IMG/VR virus record: IMGVR_UViG_3300032523_001141
Location: 55,991 to 119,990 of that record
Length of the DNA: 64,000 nucleotides
Origin: a virus
Reading direction: 5' to 3' (one strand)
The notes beneath the pieces are model-generated. The model did not search any database, was not told where the DNA came from, and saw nothing but the letters and a program-made list of their open reading frames with translations. How positions within the stretch are numbered: position 1 is the first letter of the stretch; each line of letters begins with the position of its first letter. Of this stretch, positions 38,737 through 47,062 are shown one piece after another. Both the position numbers and the translations under genes were made by a program.

Positions 38737-39552
38737 TCAGAACTGCGGCACAAGCCTATATGGTTTTCCATTAATTAAAATTGTGCCGCTAACGTCTACA
38801 ACGCCCTTGTTCTTTTTTTGTGTGTTTTTACTGACTTTACCGTAAAGTTTTACCATCTCGTCGATGTCGCCTTTTTGCGGCTTGGTGACAGTTGGGTCGT
38901 AGTAGGGCGCCATTAAGTTACCACGGCCAAGGTGCTCTAAACCAAGCGCGTGTCCAAGTTCGTGGCAGGTAACGGCTACTGCCATGTCAAAAGTCCACTC
39001 CTCCGCTTCGTCGTACATCTGGTCAAGCTGCATGTTTGCCGTAACACCGCACGGCAGCTCGCTCCACGCGAGCGTGCCGCCGCGGTCGTCTAGGTTCACG
39101 CCGCGGCCTTTCCCAGACCGCGCGTGGATGTTTGCGTGATTAACGTCGTCTACACGCACGGGCTCGATAGCGCACACATTAGCCCACTGCATAATAGCCG
39201 CGTCAAACGCCAGCGTAGCCTGCACATCAGTAATGCCGGGCAGCACTAATTTAGAGTGATACGTAATGTTTTTATGCGGCCATTTACACACGTTATCTTT
39301 GCTCGTGATATTAAAGTCTGGCAAACCACAGCGGTGGCGGGCCATGACGTGCGCCGTACGCGGGCCCACAATGCCGGTCGGCTCAAGGCCGTGAAAATTC
39401 TGATACTCACGAACAACGGCTTCTAATGACTTGCCGCTAATTTTTTTAATTTGCGCCCACGACTGGCTACCGAAGTAACCAAGCTTCTGCAGCCGCTTGA
39501 GTATCTCTGTTGCTGATAAAACGTTTTTTTGTTCTGATTTTGATTTTGCCAT
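38737..39552 (-). CDS. Matrixin (M10/MMP-like) metalloprotease with PG-binding-like prodomain
   Basis: LQKLGY...YQNFHGLEPTGIVG, cysteine switch RCGLPD, HELGHALGLEH, Met-turn LMAP. Confidence 0.85.
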   Translation of the reverse strand: MAKSKSEQKNVLSATEILKRLQKLGYFGSQSWAQIKKISGKSLEAVVREYQNFHGLEPTGIVGPRTAHVMARHRCGLPDFNITSKDNVCKWPHKNITYHSKLVLPGITDVQATLAFDAAIMQWANVCAIEPVRVDDVNHANIHARSGKGRGVNLDDRGGTLAWSELPCGVTANMQLDQMYDEAEEWTFDMAVAVTCHELGHALGLEHLGRGNLMAPYYDPTVTKPQKGDIDEMVKLYGKVSKNTQKKNKGVVDVSGTILINGKPYRLVPQF

Positions 39553-39576
39553 GATTTGCTTCCTTGCAAGTGTTAT

Positions 39577-39984
39577 TCATGCGGCACCTTCTTGCGCCGC
39601 CAATTGCAAAATTTCTGATAGCTCTTCGTCAGAAGCGTTTTCTGAGGCGTCCAGCAGAGCATCAAATAACACGTTTTTGCCGCAGTCTGGTTTGCCGCAA
39701 GTTTCTTGCCACAGCGCGTCTAGTTTTCTACGCAGCCGAATTGTGCGTAAGCGCGGAAGCGTCCGAGCATTGCGCAACCAGTTAACAATCTTTGCGTCAG
39801 AATTTCGATTGCGGCACGCTATGATAACCTGCACGATAATCGAAATTGCCATTAAGATCAGCATAGGATCGAATCGAGCCAGCCCGTCAGCGCGAAAAGA
39901 AAGCTCACTTAAAAGACTTTCCCTTGCTCGCCGCAAAACCTGACTCGATTCGATCCTAGCGATTAACGGATCGTTAGTAGGCAC
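39577..39984 (-). CDS. Membrane protein
   Basis: FDPMLILMAISIIVQVIIAC TM segment; GTG start overlaps the upstream stop. Confidence 0.55.
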   Translation of the reverse strand: MPTNDPLIARIESSQVLRRARESLLSELSFRADGLARFDPMLILMAISIIVQVIIACRNRNSDAKIVNWLRNARTLPRLRTIRLRRKLDALWQETCGKPDCGKNVLFDALLDASENASDEELSEILQLAAQEGAA

Positions 39985-40357
39985 TGTCCGCACGCATACG
40001 CTCAACAAGCAGCGTTTCCGCGTAGCGGTATTGCGCTTGAATAGCTTCCTTTTTCACAGCCTCGCGGCCGCCTAAGTATTTCCACACAATAAAGCCGTTA
40101 ACGCTAATTGTGCCCGCGGCGGCAATAAGCGCCGTAACAGCCTTTGTGACTTCTTGTGCGTTGTTCGAATCAAGCCAACCAACTACTGTAGCGGCAGTAA
40201 TTAAATTTATGGCCACTGAGCTCACCATCGAAACAAATTCGGGTGTAACCCAATTTTTGTTATCTACTACGTCAGTAGCGGCGTTATTTAATACGCGCAG
40301 CTCGGCACGAAGGGCGTCAACGGGCTGCTTACTAACAGATGTTTTCTTTGTAGTCAT
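39974..40357 (-). CDS. Holin-like two-TM protein
   Basis: WVTPEF followed by two TM helices; SD AAGGAG. Confidence 0.5.
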   Translation of the reverse strand: MTTKKTSVSKQPVDALRAELRVLNNAATDVVDNKNWVTPEFVSMVSSVAINLITAATVVGWLDSNNAQEVTKAVTALIAAAGTISVNGFIVWKYLGGREAVKKEAIQAQYRYAETLLVERMRADSAY

Positions 40358-40431
40358 GTAAATAAATCTCCTTGTAGCTGATATTCTCGCTAATCGACAT
40401 GCGCAACGCAAGACGCTGTTTAATTATATTG

Positions 40432-41472
40432 TCACCGCATACCAAAAAGCGGCGGTACAACAGCGTGTAACATGCCAGCCCACAACCCGGCATCTTGGAT
40501 TTTTTCTTGGGCCATAGGGGTTAAACCAGCTAAAGCTCCGAGCGTCCGCCCAGCGATGTTCGCCGTGGCTAAACCAACGCCCGCAGAAACCAAACCGGTA
40601 ATAACAGTAGCCGGGCTAATAATAGAAGACCGGGCCTGTGTAGAAAGCCCTGTCATTAAGCCGGTAGTGGCAGCAGCTACCGCGGGGCTCGTGTGCGGTA
40701 CGATACCCGCCTGACTGTAACCTTTGCTAGCGTCAGACCAGACAGCGCGGTTAAACGCGTCTACAGGGATGGTCGGAGCGTATAACCCAGTGTTGCCTTG
40801 CGTTTTATCGGCGCCAAAAAAATTCGCTTTTTTTCCGGGGACAGGCGGTTGCTCGTTTGGAAGCTTAGCGTTGTTGCTGGTTACCCAAGAGTTTAAATAA
40901 CCCGTACCCGGCAGCTGCCGCCGAATTTCTCCGGCGTTTAACGCTCCGTAACCTAATCCAATTAAACCGCCGGCAATACCTAACGGTTTTCGTAATTGCC
41001 CGGGCTCTAAAAAACGTTCTGGAAACAACTGCTCGGCTAACGTGCCGGCGCCGTAACCAATTCCGCCAAGAAGCAGGCTCGACACAATAGCGTTTGATAG
41101 AGGGGTCGGCCCGCCGAGGGCCGTATTTGCTGTGTTCCAGCCAGCGCCGATAGTTTTCGTCATACTGGCTTGCTTAATTAAAACACTATGCGTGCTGTCC
41201 GGGGTTGTTTGCGTAAACAAAATTGGCACGCCGGCGTGGAGCGTATTTGCGTACGCTTCTTTTACGCGATTTGACAGTCGGTTTGGCGTATGTACAAATA
41301 TTTCATTTTTCTCAGGTTGCCAGCTAATTGTTGCAATAGCCAAAATGCCGGTCTCGCTGGCTACCTTGTTATGCATTAACTGTAACGCGCACGCTGTCGG
41401 CAAGAGAGCCTGCACGCGCGCAGGAACTTGCTGCCACTCCGCGAGCGTAAGTTGTGTCGGTGGAATACTCAT
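40432..41472 (-). CDS. Glycine-zipper membrane-like protein (KxA motifs)
   Basis: LLGGIGYGAG, AGVGLATA; NKVAS, IKQAS, KKAN; ATGA overlap with the upstream gene. Confidence 0.65.
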   Translation of the reverse strand: MSIPPTQLTLAEWQQVPARVQALLPTACALQLMHNKVASETGILAIATISWQPEKNEIFVHTPNRLSNRVKEAYANTLHAGVPILFTQTTPDSTHSVLIKQASMTKTIGAGWNTANTALGGPTPLSNAIVSSLLLGGIGYGAGTLAEQLFPERFLEPGQLRKPLGIAGGLIGLGYGALNAGEIRRQLPGTGYLNSWVTSNNAKLPNEQPPVPGKKANFFGADKTQGNTGLYAPTIPVDAFNRAVWSDASKGYSQAGIVPHTSPAVAAATTGLMTGLSTQARSSIISPATVITGLVSAGVGLATANIAGRTLGALAGLTPMAQEKIQDAGLWAGMLHAVVPPLFGMR

Positions 41473-41801
41473 GACAGAAACGCTCGCCAAAGTTGCACTA
41501 CAAATAAACAAGACATAACAACCCAAATAAAAATGCCGCACACATACGCGATGTTGAGCCACGGTAACTTTGCAAGCTCTTTTTTTAGTTTTGTTATTGG
41601 GATACGTTGCAAAATTATCAAGGCGCGGATGTAGTTTACGAACTGAAGATTGCTTGGGCGGATTGCGGGAATTTCTGGTTCCGGTGGTGTTGGTGGTGTT
41701 GGTGCCGGCACAGGTTCTGGTAAAGGCGCGGGTGCCGGATCAGGCTCTACCTTTTTTGGCGTAAACCAATCTATGATTTTTGTTATGACAGGGGCGGCCA
41801 T
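41469..41801 (-). CDS. Pro-rich protein with C-terminal TM
   Basis: 110 aa. Confidence 0.55.
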   Translation of the reverse strand: MAAPVITKIIDWFTPKKVEPDPAPAPLPEPVPAPTPPTPPEPEIPAIRPSNLQFVNYIRALIILQRIPITKLKKELAKLPWLNIAYVCGIFIWVVMSCLFVVQLWRAFLS

Positions 41802-41802
41802 T

Positions 41803-43737
41803 TTATGACAACGCAGCGAGTACGTTGCCTCCGTGACGGTTAATCATCTGCGTCGCGAAACCGGGCTGTTTAGGAGCCTCACCGCGAGCTAGTGCCATAT
41901 TTTGCTGATGCCGGTAAGCCGGGTCTAGTGTTTTGCGCCAGCTTTCAGTATTTGCCTGCATATGCAGTTGATTGTCGCCTCTATTTTTTACGGTCATTAG
42001 ATGCTTTACGAAATTACGCCACACAGATTCATCTTTGCTGTAAGCGACAGGCGTAGCTTTAAGTTGCGCTAGATACGGCTCAGCTTCTGCTGCTTTTGCG
42101 CGCACCTTTACGTCAGGCGGAATAATAGTCGGGTCGGCGTGGAACTTGAATTTAGTGGGGTCATGCGTGACGCCCATGTGATGCGGCAGCGGGTCGTCCA
42201 CGTACCACTCATTCGGGGCCTTGAGCATTAATTCGCGTAAGATAGCATTCTTTTGATCGTATCTTTTAGCGTCAGAATGCTCTTTGGCGGCACGCAGCTG
42301 CAAAATAATTGCGGGTGTTTTATTTACCGTTTCTTTTTGCTCTTTGTGCGTATAGTAGGCGGGCTCTGTTTGCAGATAATCCTTGGCAATTTCTTTGGCG
42401 ATTTGATCATTGTCGGTATGTTCTCGCTCATCTTCGACTCCCGTAGCTAATTGTTTAGGTGAGAATTTACTGTCGGGGATATTGTCCGCCGTAACGCTCG
42501 GAAGAATATCGGCAGCTGTCTTTTTAGCGGCGTTAGCAATAATATGCTGCAAGGCCGCGAGTCGGCCGGCGGCGACACTTGGCGCCATAAAGTTTTTGTG
42601 GCCTGCCATCATTTCCGCTGCTGCGGACGGGTTGTACATCTTGCGCTGGGCTGCGTCCCACTTATCAAGATTTTTTCGTCGCAACTTATTAAGAATGTCC
42701 ACCGCGACAAAATGAGTGCGAGACCCCGCAAAATTGCGCTGTTTTTCTTGACGATGTTTTTCGCTCCACGCATTGTCTACCGGGGCTACTGGCAATACAC
42801 GCGGATTTGTCGCTTTTATGCCGGTCTCTTCTTCAAGTTCGCGAATCGCCGCTTGCCCGGGATCTTCACCGGGATCTATACCGCCCCCCGGAACAGCAAA
42901 AGATTTGTCTGTATTCCAAATTCCGCCGTAAATGCGGCCTTTAGGGTCGTGCGCGTAAACCTCTACTCGTTCGCGCCACGGTAATTTGTCGGCCGGCGTA
43001 TCCCACGGCGCGCCTTCGTGCGCTGCAGTCTTGCGCGTGCTGCAACAACCAAACTTTTTACAAACACATGTCGCGGGGCAGGTGCACGTTCCAGAACAAC
43101 TGCAGTCGTAAGTTGTTTTATCGTCAGATGCGGCTTTTAGCTCGCCGCGACCAGACGCAGCATCAAATTTGCTTACGGCATTATTACCAAGAACTCGGCG
43201 GCGGCGGCAAGCAACTGTAATGTGAAACGCGTGGTCGCCGTTCGGTAACGGTGATAGGCCGTAACTTTTGCGGAGCGCGGTCAGCGCGGGGCTAACAACT
43301 TGCACAGCCCAGACGCGGCTAATACCGTCTACGTTGCTGACTGGTATTTCCTTTACAGGCCCGAGCCCGTAGTTGAACATTTGCCCGCGTTCATTAATCT
43401 TGTCCGCACCGATAGCCGCTACCTCATCGGCCGTAAGCACCGAGATATGCGCATTTAACGCGTCTTCAGCCACCCCGGGGACGTTCATTAGGCCTGCAAT
43501 CGGGAGCTCAGCGCCGGGCGCGGTTAACGCCGAAAACAGACCGCGCACGAAAGCGTTCGGCACTGACAGCAGCAGCCAGCCGCTTTTAGACAGGTACAGG
43601 CGGCCGGCAAGATGATAGTTTGTAGCGGCAGTTTTGCAATTAAGCGCTACACAGCCGTGCGCGTGTCCGCGCGCGTAGAAAACTTCCTGCAGTTCAGGAG
43701 ATAGCGGCTGTAAAAAAGATATACCATCCATACTCAC
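41803..43737 (-). CDS. Polyvalent protein: 2H phosphoesterase + Cys-rich segment + NUDIX hydrolase + DUF5661-like + unknown domains
   Basis: HISV/HITV 2H motifs; CSCSGTCTCPATCVCKKFGCC; complete Nudix box GGIDPGEDPGQAAIRELEEETG; GVEDEREHT...AKEIAKD...YY. Confidence 0.8.
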   Translation of the reverse strand: MSMDGISFLQPLSPELQEVFYARGHAHGCVALNCKTAATNYHLAGRLYLSKSGWLLLSVPNAFVRGLFSALTAPGAELPIAGLMNVPGVAEDALNAHISVLTADEVAAIGADKINERGQMFNYGLGPVKEIPVSNVDGISRVWAVQVVSPALTALRKSYGLSPLPNGDHAFHITVACRRRRVLGNNAVSKFDAASGRGELKAASDDKTTYDCSCSGTCTCPATCVCKKFGCCSTRKTAAHEGAPWDTPADKLPWRERVEVYAHDPKGRIYGGIWNTDKSFAVPGGGIDPGEDPGQAAIRELEEETGIKATNPRVLPVAPVDNAWSEKHRQEKQRNFAGSRTHFVAVDILNKLRRKNLDKWDAAQRKMYNPSAAAEMMAGHKNFMAPSVAAGRLAALQHIIANAAKKTAADILPSVTADNIPDSKFSPKQLATGVEDEREHTDNDQIAKEIAKDYLQTEPAYYTHKEQKETVNKTPAIILQLRAAKEHSDAKRYDQKNAILRELMLKAPNEWYVDDPLPHHMGVTHDPTKFKFHADPTIIPPDVKVRAKAAEAEPYLAQLKATPVAYSKDESVWRNFVKHLMTVKNRGDNQLHMQANTESWRKTLDPAYRHQQNMALARGEAPKQPGFATQMINRHGGNVLAALS

Positions 43738-43742
43738 TCCAG

Positions 43743-43814
43743 CTGCCCGACTAGGATTTGAACCTAGAACCTAAGCATTAACAGTGCTCCGCGCTACCGT
43801 TGCGCCATCGGGCA
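43743..43814 (-). tRNA. tRNA-Asn (GTT), CCA not encoded
   Basis: Acceptor TGCCCGA/TCGGGCA, anticodon arm GAGCA-CTGTTAA-TGCTT, T arm CTAGG-TTCAAAT-CCTAG. Confidence 0.92.
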
Positions 43815-43817
43815 GAA

Positions 43818-44000
43818 TTAAGCAGCTGTATTGTTCCGGGTGCTGTAATTAAAATCGTGCGTTTGGATGTCTTTGGATTGGCTACTAACGTCCGCACTGG
43901 CTGCAAAAAGCAAACCCAGCGCGCAAACAGCGGCTAAAAACCACGCTAAAAGGCTAAGCCGGTAGCGCTGATCAATCGTCATTGTTGCGGAGTGTGTCAT
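43818..44000 (-). CDS. Small membrane protein
   Basis: 60 aa with one TM helix. Confidence 0.45.
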   Translation of the reverse strand: MTHSATMTIDQRYRLSLLAWFLAAVCALGLLFAASADVSSQSKDIQTHDFNYSTRNNTAA

Positions 44001-44322
44001 CGCGATCTCGCTCGTGGTGAATAATTACTTTAATTCCAGCGCCAGACAAGATAGAAATTAAAATGTCAGTAACGGTTGATCCGCCCATGCCAGCTAATAC
44101 GCATATCCCAATCAAGCCACTTACATTTTCGGCGTTTCGGTAGTTTTGATACCACAAAAGTGCGACGGCTAAGCCGAGAAACCCGGCGTTTAACATCGCG
44201 CTTATTAACGCCAGTTTAGAGAGTTTTCGAGCGAAACGCAAAAATGTCGCTAGCCCGGCGAAAGCCGCTACACCGAACGCGCTGGCAAATACAGCTAGCG
44301 AATGAGAATATTCGTCTAACAC
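43972..44322 (-). CDS. Holin-like three-TM protein
   Basis: Three hydrophobic helices, LAGMGG motif. GTG start at 44322 preferred over the ATG at 44418, which lies inside a structured RNA. Confidence 0.55.
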   Translation of the reverse strand: MLDEYSHSLAVFASAFGVAAFAGLATFLRFARKLSKLALISAMLNAGFLGLAVALLWYQNYRNAENVSGLIGICVLAGMGGSTVTDILISILSGAGIKVIIHHERDRDDTLRNNDD

Positions 44323-44362
44323 GTTGCTACCTAGTAAGTTATGTAAAATTTGTGTGTGTATT

Positions 44363-44582
44363 TGTTGTAAGCTCCTGTGATCCCCTCCACAGGCCCGGAC
44401 CTCGTCGAAACGAGGCATGCAATGACTTTCTAAGGCGTAAACTCAACCTCGTGCGGCATTCATTGCTCCACCAACCGTGAGCGCGGCCAAAGCCTGACCA
44501 CGGATTCCTGTCAGCCCGTAAAACATCCCTGTTGTACGAACTGCTTCCCTAACCAGTCGGCCACCACGACTAACTTACAACA
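44363..44582 (-). ncRNA. Candidate ~220-nt multi-hairpin non-coding RNA
   Basis: 11-bp terminal stem enclosing at least five hairpins, one with a UUCG loop. Confidence 0.5.
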
Positions 44583-44601
44583 TGTCAAGTTTAACAGAAA
44601 T

Positions 44602-45606
44602 TTACAAAATTTTTGCGGCAATCAAACAGCCCCTGGCAACTGCGTGAAGCGGATCCGCTGCATGCCTAACTTCTTTAACGGCCAGCGGAAACCCATTTGC
44701 AGCCAATTTTTCGGCAAGTAATTTAACAAAACCCGCAGCTTTTGATGTTCCGCCCGCTACGGCAATAGGTAGCGGAGCTTTGAACTTCGGTAGCAACTTG
44801 TGCCCGGTTAGCGCCGCGGCAAGTTGCTTTGTGGTGTAGTCAATCAGCCGTTCGTAATACGCCGACACAGCAGCCAAAATGTGATTTTCGTTTGGCTCGC
44901 CTACTTGAAACACGCCGTGCTCTTTTTCCGCCTGCACAACGCTATCCGGCTCGTTAACAGCTACGGCCGACATTCGATCAACCCAGTCGCCGGATTTGGT
45001 TGTCGAAAACATTACAGTAGGCTCGCCGCTAAGCATTACGCAGACATTTACCATACCGGCACCAAAAGATAAGCCAATACCGGTGTAATCGTCGTTTTCA
45101 AATTCTGAGTAGCACAGCGCCTCAGCTTCGTTAATAGCCCGCGCAAGATAGCCGGCCCCGGCCAAAATAAGCTTAACGACGTCTTCGTGGTACCCGACGT
45201 CAAAATCCGTGTCTTCTTGATCTACAGGCTGCGCCGGAATACAGAACACGATCTTTTCGTCCGCCTCGTCGGCTTTACCCACGACTTCTTGCAGAATAAA
45301 AGCTAGTATGCGTTTTGCGTCTTTTTCTTTAGGGCTAACAACTCCGCGATACATCGGACGTTTGGCCGAGTCATTGCGCTCAACGGCTTTCTCGATTGCG
45401 TCCTGCCCGAGCAGAATAAAGGTACCGTCCTCGTCTTTTACAAATATTTTGCCGGCGAGCCCCTTTTCAATCATTTTGGTAGCGACTGGCGTGGTTGGCT
45501 TAATTGCGTAAAACGCGTCGCGAAAGTCTTTGTAGTCCACGTTTCCCTCTGCGCCGTCTTTCGCGAGGACAATGAACGATGTACCAACGTCTAAACCTTT
45601 TGCCAT
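44602..45606 (-). CDS. Actin-fold ATPase (MreB/FtsA/MamK-like)
   Basis: Phosphate-1 GLDVGTS, connect INEAEA, phosphate-2 GLSFGAG, adenosine VAGGTS, terminal DPLHAVARG. Confidence 0.85.
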   Translation of the reverse strand: MAKGLDVGTSFIVLAKDGAEGNVDYKDFRDAFYAIKPTTPVATKMIEKGLAGKIFVKDEDGTFILLGQDAIEKAVERNDSAKRPMYRGVVSPKEKDAKRILAFILQEVVGKADEADEKIVFCIPAQPVDQEDTDFDVGYHEDVVKLILAGAGYLARAINEAEALCYSEFENDDYTGIGLSFGAGMVNVCVMLSGEPTVMFSTTKSGDWVDRMSAVAVNEPDSVVQAEKEHGVFQVGEPNENHILAAVSAYYERLIDYTTKQLAAALTGHKLLPKFKAPLPIAVAGGTSKAAGFVKLLAEKLAANGFPLAVKEVRHAADPLHAVARGCLIAAKIL

Positions 45607-45607
45607 A

Positions 45608-45916
45608 TTATTTGCCCTTTAACTGAGCGAGTTTAGAAACCGAGGTTTGAATATCATCCTGTGTTGTCGTAGTTTTGCCAATAGCGGTATCTTGCATTTT
45701 AGCTAAACCGTCCGTCCGAATTGTCGTTACGTATTTAGTGTCGTCAATGTTTACAGCTGCTTTTATTGCTGCTGAAGTTTTAGCAGCCTTTAGAAAGCTA
45801 GCGGGCTGTTGTGTATTAGATTGCAACGCGCCAGCTATTTTGTCTACGCGCCCAACAAGATAACCAGCGACAAAACTACCCAAAATGCCTAAAAATACGA
45901 TAAGGTTTATTGTCAT
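45608..45916 (-). CDS. Small N-terminally membrane-anchored protein upstream of the actin-like gene
   Basis: TM helix, then ...SVSKLAQLKGK; stop 1 nt from the ATPase start. Confidence 0.6.
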   Translation of the reverse strand: MTINLIVFLGILGSFVAGYLVGRVDKIAGALQSNTQQPASFLKAAKTSAAIKAAVNIDDTKYVTTIRTDGLAKMQDTAIGKTTTTQDDIQTSVSKLAQLKGK

Positions 45917-46539
45917 GGTTTAGACCATCCTTTGTGGTTTTTTCGCGAGCCTCGATGCACGCAGCACATGTGAGCGTGATCTAAGTTATTTTTGCGACAA
46001 AACGCTCTTAAATTGTGCACAGTCTTTGAGTTACCAGCAGGATCTAAAAATTTAAAAGTTTTGGCTTGCTGGGCTTGCGCCATAGCTGCACCAAGTCTTT
46101 GTGGTTGCCCTCTGCGGTCATAGACAAACGCGTGAATGCCGGCGCATGCGGCCGCCGACTTCTTACCGCCAAGTGAGCCCCATTGGCGCCGCTCATCTGT
46201 TGTCGCGTATATGCGGCCGCCAATATTGCGGTTTATGCAGATCGCGGGCCCGACGTGACTAGCCTCTAAAGCTTCTCTAATTAACGTATTTTCCCGTTCA
46301 GCAAGTCGCCGTAAACTAGTGCGAGAAACAGCCCGATATTCTGCGTGCAGCACGACTTTTAAGGCGTCTGCCTGATATTCGGCGTTTTTTGCGTCGTTGT
46401 ACTGCGCGAACGTAACCAATGAGCCAAAATACTCAACGTCCGCTGCAGGGGTCACGTCGGTTATGCGTGACCCGTAGTAAAATTTGTAATCCAGTGCGGG
46501 ATACAAAATAACGTAAACATAATGCCAGCGCTTTTCCAT
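45913..46539 (-). CDS. GIY-YIG-like (Seg-type) homing endonuclease with NUMOD-like C-terminus
   Basis: YVYVI...YYGSR...YFGS...E...INRN; C-terminal NLRAFCRKNNL...HKGW. Confidence 0.65.
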   Translation of the reverse strand: MEKRWHYVYVILYPALDYKFYYGSRITDVTPAADVEYFGSLVTFAQYNDAKNAEYQADALKVVLHAEYRAVSRTSLRRLAERENTLIREALEASHVGPAICINRNIGGRIYATTDERRQWGSLGGKKSAAACAGIHAFVYDRRGQPQRLGAAMAQAQQAKTFKFLDPAGNSKTVHNLRAFCRKNNLDHAHMCCVHRGSRKNHKGWSKP

Positions 46540-46606
46540 ACACTGAGTCCTTTCAGTGCTGTAGGCGCGGCTAGGCCAAACTAACCGCTAGTATTAATTT
46601 AACCTT

Positions 46607-47062
46607 TTACGGGGCGGTTTCAGAAGCTAATTTGGCGTCCAGTATTAGTAATTCAGGCGCCCAAATGGCTGCTGGGTCTACAGCGCCGGGCGCAAACACG
46701 GGCAACGTCTCAGTAATAGACTGCCGAGATTTAATGTTGTCTAGAACTGTTTGACTGGCGTCGCCGACAAACTCCGGCAAGTCATCAATCCATATGTCAA
46801 TTTTTATGTTGCGCGCTTCGGCGACAGCGCGCTTTGGCTTGTGATTGGAAAAAATAGTGCCGAGGATAAGTTCTGCCGTTTGCGCGCCAATAACGTCGGC
46901 GAGCTGGGCATGGTTCTCTGGCGTATCGTGTCGCGCAGTGATAACCCACACACGATGACCCCGCATAACGCAGAGCCGAACAAAAAGCCGCCAAAACTCA
47001 ATATCAGCCGTAAACGTGCAGTCAAAATCAAGAGCAATAACCAGCGTCCTATGCGGCGTCAT
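46607..47062 (-). CDS. HAD-superfamily phosphatase
   Basis: IALDFDCTF, VITAR, K, IWIDD motifs. Confidence 0.75.
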   Translation of the reverse strand: MTPHRTLVIALDFDCTFTADIEFWRLFVRLCVMRGHRVWVITARHDTPENHAQLADVIGAQTAELILGTIFSNHKPKRAVAEARNIKIDIWIDDLPEFVGDASQTVLDNIKSRQSITETLPVFAPGAVDPAAIWAPELLILDAKLASETAP

